Origin: Octopus vulgaris
Taxonomy: Eukaryota
Length of the DNA: 64,000 nucleotides
Reading direction: 5' to 3'
Assembly (NCBI GenBank): GCA_951406725.2
Contig: OX597815.1
Span: 139,376,001 to 139,440,000, forward strand
This document shows, one piece after another, positions 53,464 to 64,000 of the stretch; position 1 is the stretch's first letter, and every line of letters starts with the position of its first letter. The notes below the pieces were generated by a model, which did no database searches, had not been told where the DNA came from, and worked only from the letters and a program-made list of their open reading frames with translations. The translations under genes were made by a program, and so were the position numbers.

Positions 53464-54994
53464 GGCTCCCCTCCAGTGCGTACGCACGAAAGGAAACTTA
53501 TTGTAGTGACTGCAAAACTCAAGGTGGACACCAGATAACCAAATAGCACACAATAATATAATGGCAAAATTTATAACATACACAAGAAATTTACTTAAGG
53601 AAAAAGAGAAAAAAATACTCAATGAGCAAAAATCAAGAGTGCATGCATGAAAGTGTATACGTCACAAAAGTATAAACCCTTCCGCTGAAAGGAGCGGAGG
53701 GAAAGCAAAACTCACAGTTAATGAACCTAAACGAAATTAAAATCCAACTTCTCTAAAGGTGGTTAATCCTGCAAAATAGCAGTTAAATCAATTGCTGCAG
53801 GAGAGGAAATGGAATTGGCAGAAGCTCGCTAGTAACACAAAAGGCAAAAGTGCAAACATGCTGGTGTGATGCGCGACACAGATAATTTTCTGTTATTTAC
53901 GTGACCAACAGTGGTCTAACAGGGAAAAATAATTACGCCTAACCATGGCGCAGCGCATGTGAACATCCGACGTCCTATGAGTCGGGAAAAGAATTAAGCT
54001 AGCGCAAACGTGTTGCAAAAAACAAGGCAATACACGTGCGAAGCAAGGCGCATGAAATGCAATAGTGCTTGCCAGACCAAAAAACAGCAAGAATATGCCA
54101 GTGGTTGAGCGATTATATGCCTCGTTCGTATAGGAACAAAAGTATGACATGCTGGCGCGTTATAATGGACAAACAACCCTCTCTATGTATACGTGACCGA
54201 CCTAGGGTCTATAGAAATGAGGGGTGTCCACAAAAGGCAAATTCAGCATGGAAAAAAAAAACAAGCGAGAAAAGCATGTGTGACGTATGTATGTGAGAGA
54301 GAGCATTTATGTGTGTGTACGTGTGTGCGACAGAAATACAAACAAGGTGAATGCGAGCAAAATATAAAAACAGCGCATAGAAAAAATGTCTCTCAAGTGC
54401 TATTTCAGACAAGAGTTAATTTACCAGTCTGTAATAGCCTGATGTACAATAGCAGTTCGTTCTGTAACAGAAATATTGAAATCACAAAATGCAGATGCCG
54501 GTTGAACACATATCGTGTAGCGGTTGTGGCTTCAATGCTGTGACAGGTTAACTGGAACAGAAGAAATCTCGTAGATAGTGCTGGGCTGTGAATTCTTGGT
54601 GTGCTAATGCACAAACGGCAAGTGGACCAAACTTCCGCGAGTTGCTATGTACATCTTGTGGAGGTCGACGATGTTGAAAGGCGACGGTGGTGGAGGAAGG
54701 CGACTGTAGTGGACTTGGGACAACATCGTTCTTAGTGATGATGGCGACGAAGATAGCGACGACGTGAAGTAGAAAGACGACGATGACGATGACGAAGGTG
54801 GAGAAAAGGCATCGAATATATGATGGCGTTCGTCATCATGGCTGTAGAATAAGAAAAGAGGCTCCTTCTACAACTGTTTGTGGTGGCCGGAAACAAATCG
54901 TCGAAAGATGAATGCGTAGAGTTAAATCGTGTTCCGACTTCGCAGAAAAACTGGATTTTTTTTTGTTGATAAGTGATCTCTGGTTTTAGACCAG

Positions 54995-55013
54995 AATCAC
55001 GTCGGGGTCACCA
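54995..55013 (-). promoter_or_regulatory. Primer binding site for tRNA-Trp
   Basis: Minus-strand TGGTGACCCCGACGTGATT lies 1 nt from the 5' LTR and is complementary to the metazoan tRNA-Trp 3' end ..AATCACGTCGGGGTCACCA. Confidence 0.9.
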
Positions 55014-55014
55014 G

Positions 55015-55598
55015 TGAAACGAACTTGATGTGAGTGAATATCTTGTCTTGTACTTTCGGGGTACAAGAAAGCAATCACTCACTAGCCGTTGCTTTAATAA
55101 TCCAGATTCTCTGCCCGTCAGAAACAACAAGACGCAGACGTAAAATATATATATACTACTTTATTCTCTTTCTTGGTAACAATAACAATAAGTGTGTTAT
55201 CTGATGTCCTTGGTTCGGGGCGCGCAAGGCTGAAAGTTAATCGATTGTAATATTTACAATATCCAGCCGCTAAACCAGAAAGGGGTCAAGATGGCGTCGA
55301 ACAGGGAAGTTGAATGTGGTCGGCAACAATTTGGTTAAAGGCATTCTGCCGACTGCTGCTATCAACCGGAGAGAAAATATATCGTGACCGCCGCCTTCAA
55401 TCGCTGGGTCCCAAGTCGCCGCTTGCTGCTGCTAGTGGTCAAACGTTCTACGATCCCCCTGCCTTGGCCAGGGTCGTGCTTCCGGTGGTTCGCGCATGCG
55501 CGAGAGGGCCCTTCCTTTCTGTGCCTTGGTAAAGGCACCAACACGCGCGAAATACAAATGGACGGTGCGCGAGCGCGCACCGCTATAGGGTCACTACA
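55015..55598 (-). repeat. 5' LTR
   Basis: Minus strand TGTAGTGAC...GTTTCA with an internal AATAAA (plus-strand TTTATT, ~55160). Confidence 0.95.
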
Positions 55599-55713
55599 GA
55601 CCTATAGAATAAGTACTATAGTTGGTTTATTCGACTGAAACCCTAATAGACACTAGCCCAAAATTGTTTTCAATTACTGAAACAAATAAAAGATGAAAAA
55701 TAAAGGTGAATAT

Positions 55714-55898
55714 TATTCTTTTCTACTCTAGGCACAAGGCCCGAAATTTTGGGGGAGGAGACCAGTTGATTATATTGACTCCAGTACGCAACTGGTACTT
55801 AATTTATCGACCCCGAACGGTGGGATTTGAACTCAGAACATAGAGAGAGACAAATACCGCTAAGCATTTCGTCCGGCGTGCTAATGTTTCTGCCAGCT
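55714..55898 (-). mobile_element. SINE family B with an internal deletion
   Basis: Minus strand GAGCTGGCAGAAACATTAGCACGCCGGACGAAATGCTTAGCGGTATTTG..GAGTTCAAATCCC..GGGTCGATAAATTAAGTACCAG..CCTTGTGCCTAGAGTAGAAAAG. Confidence 0.85.
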
Positions 55899-57590
55899 CA
55901 ATTCACCAATCTCTTCGTCCGTCACAATTTCCGCTTTCTCAAATTCGCTGTCTCTCGTTTTCATTCTTCTGCCGTGCCCCTTCTTCCTTACTGGTTGAAG
56001 GCAACGGTTCTTGAGTTCGTATTTCACTTAATATTTCATTTGATTTTCCATTTTTTCTCTTTTCTTTCTTGTTTTCTCCGCTGGTCTTTCTTTTTTCTTC
56101 TTGGGGCTTGCCGCATTAAAGGTTAATATAAATTATCGATAATATTAAAATAAAATCTCAGTGAATACCAGCCTGTATTTCTTCATGCAAAGAACATCAT
56201 TCAAGAACTCTACAGGTGCTATATATGTGTATAAAATTGCACAGAACTTACTATAAATCTGTCGAGAACAATGACCATATAAAACTACTAGTTTCTAACA
56301 CTAAAAGCGACTTGTTTACTGCTAAAAAGTCAGACAGTAAGAATTCAGCTGTGGACATTCTGTACTATCTACGCGCTACCATTTTTAAGAAATTTGGTTT
56401 GACCTAGTCCTACTAGAAAATTATAGCTATCTATAACATCACTTGCAAAGGTATTTAAAGCAGCGGCTAAACCCCGTATCTTTTTGATATGAATCTGTGC
56501 GGTTGAGAGGAAGGAAATACAGAGTAAAAAGAAAGCTGCTGAAGTGATTACAAACCAGCTTGGAAATGAAAGTGCTGACAGGTCATTGTGGAACACAGGA
56601 AAAGGACTGGTACAAATATGGTACACATGAATATTCTGTTAGAATATCAAAGGTACGGTATTTGTCAAACTGAAGAAGCGACGCAAGTAAAGCAGTAGAG
56701 ATAGGAAGCCAATTAGTAAGGGCAGCTTGGGAGGCAACTGAACAAAGGAAGCTATTGTAGAGCATATAGAAATGAGTCAGCCTGGTGGCGATGTCTTCTA
56801 GGAGAGGTGTATGTTGTGCTTCTATTTCAAGCCACTGTTACATAGTGGGTGGGTAGGTGGCTAGAGTAACATAGCGCTGAATGTTATCGGCGCAGAGGTT
56901 ATGCAGTATATAAGTTATCTCTGACAGGATAATCATAGTGGCATTTTGAGAATCCTGGTTGACTCCCTAGAATAATGGCGTAGTAGTTTCTATGTCAAAC
57001 TGCACTCAACTGTTTTCCATCGAGAGTGAAAACGGACGAAGCAGAAGCGTAGACCAAGGAAAAGCAAAATGACCGAATTTGAAGAAAACACTCTTACCAT
57101 AAAGAAGCAACTTTCTGGCAATGTAACATGGTATGGCTTGTCCCAAAAGTTCTGATTGGTGAGGTGACAGTTTCTTGGGAAAGCAATATGGTGTGAACAC
57201 ATGAAAAGAGGGATATAAAGTTTGAAGAATGAACTATGTGAGGCATGAGAGTGATAATGTACGCTGCTTTCTGCAAAGGTAATGGGGGTAGATCTAATAT
57301 ATCCTATTTGACCGATAATCAATTAAGAAGCATTGGAGAGAAAGCTCAAAGATGATAGTGAACAAAGTAACAACGTGTAGTAAAATAGTTACTGTCTTGT
57401 TGTTATATTTGCACACAATTTAATATGGGGAGGATGTTGGGGGAGCAAATGCATACTGCAGTGTTGTCCAAATTAACTCGTACATTTTTCCATAGCAACA
57501 ATGTCGCTCTTCACTGGTGGACGAAGTTATTGAAATCGTTATAATTTCTATCCATCGTGGATGACTAAAGGGGACTGCAGTGCAAATGCA

Positions 57591-57653
<63 letters not shown>

Positions 57654-57758
57654 TGCGCGCGTGTATGGATGTGTATAAGTAATTTGTATACGAGATTCCA
57701 TTCATGTAAATATAAATGTATGGAAATATATGGAAATATGTGAAACTATGTACATATG

Positions 57759-58070
57759 TGAAGGCGCATGGGCCAGTGGTTAGAGTGTTGGGCTCACTAA
57801 CATGAGGTAGTGAGTTCGATTCCCAGTCCAGGCTGTGTGTTGAGTCCTTAGGCAAGGCACATTGCTCCAGTTCACTCAGCTGTAGAAATGAGTTGCAGGG
57901 TCACTGGTGCCAAGTCTGGGCAACATCGGTGGCATGGAGAGGGGAAGGTTGGTATGCATGAGCAACTGCTGGTCTTCCATAATCAATCTTGCCCCTACTT
58001 GTGCCTCGGTGGGGAACTTTCTAGGTGCATTCGTATGGTCCTTCATGACTAAAGGGGGTCTTTTACTTTA
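57759..58070 (+). mobile_element. tRNA-derived SINE (related to families C/D)
   Basis: GAAGGCGCATGGGCCAGTGGTTAGAG..GAGTTCGATTCCC..CCTTAGGCAAGGCAC..TTGCTCCAGTTCACTCAGCTG, ending TTTTACTTTACTTTA. Confidence 0.8.
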
Positions 58071-59397
58071 CTTTATGTATATATGTATGTAGGCAGGCAG
58101 GTATAGACGAATAGTGGCTGAATGGTTAAGAAGTTCGCTTCACCACTGTAATATTTCGAGCTTTATTTCACTGTATAGTATCTTAGGTGTGTTATGATGT
58201 GGTGGATGCATGGATGACGGGATGCGGCGGGAAACATATTGAAGTGTGGACTAACTGACCTTTCACATTTCTTGAAATAGCACTTGTAGTTAATATAATA
58301 CCAGTCATCTTGCAGTGTTTGTCTTTGATACCTACTTTGGTTACCGAGAGAGAGTGGTTAAAGTGTTGCGCCAGCTTTTGCCACTTAACTCCGATGACGT
58401 AAATATGTCTCACTATCATTTTATTTCTTGATCTGCTTTGTATCTGATAAGTCCTATGGTGATGGACATATGACGACGCTTTTATCTACGCGCATGCAAG
58501 TATGAAAATAAATCAGAACAATCATGCTGAATGAAAGATGTCTATATCATCTGAGAAGACGAGGCAATCTTGGTCATCATCATTATGTATGATTGTACGT
58601 GTACTCGTATGCGTATGAATGTGTTTGTTTACATGCATTCACCTTTTCGCCGACAGTTCTACAGTTTGTTAGCAATGAAAACGCCTGACCTAACCTATTT
58701 CAACTTCACCCATCGTTAAACAAACAGTTTATACAAATTACAACGGTTTCATCCGTATCTCATCAATATCAATAATTCATGAATATACAATTTGAACGAA
58801 ATTTCCCGGGGGAAATGGTATCTGTGTAGTGTCACGTACAAGGAAGGAAAATCTGAACTAACTCCAAGGAACCTTTACATTGATCAATATATCCTATGTC
58901 AAGGATATTGAAAATTCATAAAATATAAAATTTAGAGCTTCAAATACAACAAATCTAAAGGTTTGGTCTACATTAGGATGGACAGCAAATCTGAATTAAT
59001 TAAAACTGCTTGTTGGAGTGGAAAATAATTATAGCAATGATTACGACTAAAATCTTCAACTTGGAAAGCAGCAATTAATTAGGTACAGATTATGTAAGAA
59101 AGATACGGTTGCCTTGTATTCCTGCAAAACTTGGATTAATTTATTTGACAATATATATTTGTAAAAATAAAAACATTTTCGTTTTTTTCATACCTATAAT
59201 GAATTTTGCCTTCAGAATTACGACATACATACACACACACACACACACACATACATACATTCACACACACACACATACATACATACATACATACATACAT
59301 ACATACACACATACATACATACATACATACATACACATATATACATACATACATACATACATACATACATACATACATACATACATACATACATACA

Positions 59398-59430
<33 letters not shown>

Positions 59431-59432
<2 letters not shown>

Positions 59433-60428
59433 CAACGTATCATCAGATGAAAGAGTAAGCACATGAGCAGAAGACTATGCACGGATATGTTAATAGAAAG
59501 CTCCGAGATTATATTTACATTGATCATCAAAGCAGTCTATCATGGACCAATAGCCGGATCACTACCTCCGACTTTGAAGGGTATGTGTTTGCAATCCAGG
59601 AACAGATATCAATCAAATACCTGATGCACAAAAGGGGTAGAGACGCAGGAAAAGCAGTAAAATGTGACAACTGATGCAGACTTTTTTTAGTTAATACAGG
59701 AAATATCACCCACATCATAAGCAATTGCCCGAAATGTCATCACGGTATTATTTACGGATGAAGCATGATGTTATAGCTAGGACAATAATCCCGAGGACAA
59801 ATAAATAAGAACCCACTGTATAGTAGAAGTCATAGCTACTGGTGGAATGTCCCAGTGAAGACCTCAATAAAATGTAAGCAAAACAAACCTGATATAATGA
59901 TTGGAATAGAGAAAAAATTGTGTACAGTTGTGGAAATTAGTGCCAGCGGATGTTAACATAAAGCTGAAAATCAGTGAAAAAGAGAATATCTACGCTGAAC
60001 TATTTAGAAATCTACAGTTACTCTATCCAGACTACAACTTCAGATATTGTAATTACTGGGGTCCTGGGACATGTAACACACTGCCTAATCTTGAGAAATT
60101 AGGTTTCTCAAAATCAGAAAAGAGAAAGCTAATTCGAAGACTACATGGCCAATACATCACTGGAACTGTAAAAGTCTATAAAACTTTCTAGAAGTTTATC
60201 ATTTAAATACATATTAGAATGTATAGATATGCAACTATATGCATGAGAACATATACAGAAAACAAAACATACAAATCTGCACATATACATACATACATGC
60301 ATACGAACGTACGTGCGTACAAACAAAAGTACCCTGTTGATGATGTTGAAATTCCATTGAAGCAGCCTTGGATCTAGGTTAGAACCGGCTCTTTCTCTAT
60401 TGATTAGAAATCTTGAAACTGAATAATA
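59431..60428 (+). mobile_element. R4-like (restriction-like endonuclease) LINE 3' fragment inserted in (CATA)n
   Basis: MHGY..FEGYVFAIQEQ..CDN*CRL..ITHIISNCP..KHDVIA..WWNVPVKT..NKPDI..PADVNIKLKISEKENIYAEL..TGTVKVYKTF plus a 3' UTR, with (CATA)n on both sides. Confidence 0.85.
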
Positions 60429-60518
60429 ACATACATACATACATACATAAATACATACATAAATACATACATACATACATACATACATACATACATACAT
60501 ACATACATACATACATAC

Positions 60519-60828
60519 AAAACCAGAAAGGAGAAAGCTAATTCGAAGGCTATATATCCAAGCCATCACTGGAACTGTAAAAATCTGTAAAGCTTTCCGG
60601 AAGTTTATCATATAAGCATATAAGATCATATATAGATATGCAACTACATGCATGAGAAGATATACATAAAACAAAACATAAAAATCTGCACGTAAACATA
60701 CATACATACATACATACAAAAAAATCCCATGTCTCGATGTTGAAATTACAATGAAGTAATCTTGTTTCTAGGTAAGAAACCGGCTTTTTCTCTATTGGCA
60801 AGAAATCTTAAAATAAAACTGAATAATG
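60519..60828 (+). mobile_element. Second short 3' end of the same R4-like family
   Basis: Homologous to 60112-60428 (AGAAAGCTAATTCGAAG..CATCACTGGAACTGTAAAA..AAACTGAATAAT), again flanked by CATA repeats. Confidence 0.85.
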
Positions 60829-60836
60829 ACATACAT

Positions 60837-60895
<59 letters not shown>

Positions 60896-60922
60896 TACAT
60901 ACATACATATATATAAACATAC

Positions 60923-61009
<87 letters not shown>

Positions 61010-61015
61010 CATACA

Positions 61016-61049
<34 letters not shown>

Positions 61050-61050
61050 C
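60829..61050. repeat. (CA)n/(GATA)n/(CATA)n compound microsatellite
   Basis: Seen directly. Confidence 0.96.
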
Positions 61051-61536
61051 ACAACGTCCTGTTTTAGTTTCATGAAAGCTCCCTGAATTTGAACACAGAT
61101 TATGTTTCCACGCTGATTATTTTATTACTATCGTCTTAATATATTAAGAAACCTTAATAAAAATATTAAAGGTAACTAGGCAGAAATTCTCTTGGCCCAA
61201 GTCTTTTTACTTTTCGCTTGTGGATCTGCTATATTTTGAAAGTACCATATACAGATTTTACTCCCGGATTCAAGCAGTTCTAACTGATCGAATGAGATAC
61301 TTTCTGGCAATATAAGATAGCTAAGAAACAAAGTAAGGCAATATCTTTCAGAACCTAGAAGCTATTTTTTTTTCAGTGCTTCGATAGATCTCCAATTACT
61401 TTTAAGAGGAACTAAGCGATCACTCAATGGACGTGAAACGGTGTCTATTCTAAATTTAGTCTTAATTTTCGCTAGCTGATTGCAGCGTTCGTTGCAAAAT
61501 ATCAAACACACACACACACATCCACACACACACACA

Positions 61537-61580
<44 letters not shown>

Positions 61581-62236
61581 TATAATATATAACGTGCTAC
61601 ATAGAGAAGCGGATCGGATTTTATCGAATATTTCTTAACGTCAACTTTCTAATCTGCATCATTTATTGAATATATCTTGTGTTCTTGGCTTTATCTGGAG
61701 TAAAACAACAACAAAAAATATACTGAGCAAAAATTCCTTGTCAATCCGTTGATTGATTAGTTTGGGAGATTCAATTGAAAGTGTTGTCTACTGGAATTTG
61801 ATGCAGTCTTACAAGATTTCTGCCATTTCGACTGATCTAATGATAATACTGTTGCTGCTGAAGCGATTACCGAATTTCTTCACCACATTAGCAGCATTAC
61901 CAACGTGGAAATTCATTTGATTTGTGAGTCAGGTAGTGTTATTTTTGGATGATGCCAACAATTATTTTTGGATTGCAGTTGTAGTTCATGTTGAAGTCAT
62001 TGGCATTAGGACGAAGCTGATGAAGTTATCATTGTTGCTGTTGGCAGTGGTGGCAGTGTTAGAGCTAGTGTTGTTACTATGGGTATTAGGGCTATTGATA
62101 TTTTTTCTATTGGCACTAGGGGTCTTGTTGCTGTAAGAGTTAAAATAACCATTGATGTTGTTATTGCTTTCACTGGGGTTATTGTGGCTGGTATTCAAAC
62201 TATTATTGTTGTTGTTGATATTAACATTGTTATGGG

Positions 62237-62447
62237 GGTGGCGAGCAAGCTGAATCATTAGCATGCTGGGCAAAATGCTTAGCGGCATCTCGTCCGTTTT
62301 GACGTTCTGAATTCAAATTCCACCGAAGTCGACTTTGCTTTTCATCCTCTCGGGTTCAATAAAATAAGTACCAGTTGAACACTGGGGTCGATGTAATCGA
62401 TTTATCCCTCCTTTAAAATTGTTGGCCTTGTGGCAAAATTTGAAATC
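62237..62447 (+). mobile_element. SINE family B
   Basis: GGTGGCGAGC..GCAAAATGCTTAGCGGCAT..TTCAAATTCCACCGAAGTCGACTTTGCTTTTCATCCTCTCGGG..AAGTACCAGTTGAACACTGGGGTCGATGTAATCGA. Confidence 0.85.
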
Positions 62448-63478
62448 AATATTGAGATTGTTGGGGGCGGTATTAGATTTGTTAGTGGTGGTAATAAGTG
62501 GTAGTATCGGGGTTGTTATTGTTGGTATATGGGTTATTGCTTTTTGCATTAAAGTTATTATTGACATTGTTATCATTGGAGTAACAGTTATATTGCTACA
62601 GGCCTTTATGTGATGTTGATGCTGTTGTTTTATCGAGAAAATGAAGCAACGTACTCGTTTAATGATGACCTCCATTCAATGAATGTATAGTTTGAATATA
62701 TGTAAGGAAATGTCGAGGTGTAAGTATGCATGAATATATCTATATACATTGAGCTTTTTCCTGGAAGTGTGTTAAAGATGCAGGTAAATGGTGTCAGTTT
62801 GGAGAAAATGTGTTAAACAGTTAACTGGTTCATAAGAGCAGAGACTCTTCTAGCCAAGTAGAATACGGATATCGATATTTCAGGAAATCGATAGTCTACT
62901 AAATTTCTTTGGAATGTGAAATCTTACCTTGATGATCTTTTATGGCTGCCGTGCAAAATATGTGTTTGCACTGTTCTTCTTATGATAGCAGCTCTAGTCT
63001 AATATTACACATATTTTTTTCATAAATATGAAATTTCCGCTGTCGGTAAAGAAAATGTTGCCTATGATATTAAGCTTACTTTTGGTCTACTATTTCCTTC
63101 AAAAATTTCAGATGACCAGAGATCGTTTTTACTTTAAAATATATCTAAAGTTTTAGTTATGTATTCCAGACAGCTGCAATAAGTTACTAAATAGCACCAA
63201 ACAGCCTCAGAGTGTCTCAGATATATCGATTTTATAATAGTTTAAGGTGGTTATAGAGAGGGAATTTCTATTGATTTTCATATTGTATATGATTTCAAAT
63301 ATTTCTTAAGGTAGATTTGTGGGTGGAGTAAAGCTCTGTATACAGATATATATATGTGTATGTATGTGTGTGCATATATATATGCGTGTGTGCGTGTGTG
63401 TGTTTGTGTGTGTGTGCGTGAGTGTATCCTCTTTTATGGAAGCTTATGTTTATGCCTGCAAGTGTGTGTGTTATGTCA

Positions 63479-63513
<35 letters not shown>

Positions 63514-64000
63514 ACAATTATGTGTACACATATAGATATGTGTGTATATGTGTGTGTGTGCATAAGTGTATGTGAACTTATATGAATGTACTTGTGTATC
63601 CATATAAAGTATACCTATTATATGAACAAAAATGTGACTTTGGAAGAGTTTCTTTACTATTCAATACGTGGAATATTTATAAATATATCTGAAAAAAATT
63701 AGTTCTTTCTCTGACTATGTCGGAGAAAACAATATTTTTTTCTATGGGAATCTGTTGGTCGTCAACATTACTTCTCTGTTATTAACCTTAGATCTACAAA
63801 GGAAATAGTCAAATCTTTTTCTTGACTCTGGCGTTCTTTTGTTAAGCATAGATTTACAACAAATAGTCTTTTTTTCCTCTCAAATATTTACGTCCATTAC
63901 AAGACAACTCTGCAAAAACAACATTGTACAAAGACTAGCAGGCCTTTTACGATGTCACTATCCAATAACTACTGGCATACTGTATATTATTTCTTTCTTC

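Larger units (their letters stand above)
52882..55598 (-). mobile_element. Complete non-autonomous LTR retrotransposon (Gypsy-type termini)
   Basis: Two TG..CA LTRs (582 and 584 bp, ~5 differences), a 4-bp TSD GACC, a tRNA-Trp PBS and a PPT. The 1.55-kb interior has no recognisable gag or pol. Confidence 0.93.
52622..55695 (+). mobile_element. SINE family A copy split by the LTR element (5' part 52622-52881, 3' part 55599-55695)
   Basis: AGGCGCAG..TGGCTATGTGGTTAAG..AAGTCCCACTG..GTTCGGAAAAAAGACC [LTR element] GACCTATAGAATAAGTACT..TCGACT..TTACTGAAACAAATAAAAGA. Confidence 0.8.

Noticed and set aside
53179-53622. GC-rich ORFs duplicated at 55314-55638
   Set aside because: They lie within the two LTRs. 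High GC explains the open frames, and no domain was recognised.
56200-57330. Possible decayed CR1/L2-like LINE on the minus strand, and plus-strand ORF 56216-56407
   Set aside because: Only a faint resemblance (CS..IA..P..YHVTLP), too degenerate to call without an HMM search.

Overview
AT-rich eukaryotic, repeat-dense non-coding DNA (intronic or intergenic), most likely from an octopus. That call rests on my recollection of cephalopod SINE and microsatellite style, not on a database search. There is no complete protein-coding gene, and nearly all listed ORFs are microsatellite translations or transposon remnants. The window contains: at least 4 tRNA-derived SINE families; RTE, CR1-like and R4/Dong-like LINE fragments; several Penelope-like element (PLE) ends with fold-back architecture and hammerhead ribozyme cores; one mariner deletion derivative and two Tc1 remnants; a Helitron-like 5' end; and a young, structurally complete but non-coding LTR retrotransposon (52882-55598; tRNA-Trp PBS, PPT, 4-bp TSD). 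The most notable items are an intact hammerhead in a ~330-bp (TA)n-flanked fold-back element, the non-autonomous LTR element, a covarying 3' hairpin shared by a LINE and a SINE, two R4-like families tied to different microsatellites, and an exactly duplicated 54-nt exon-like unit. All alignments, translations and folds were done by eye, so boundaries of degenerate elements are approximate.
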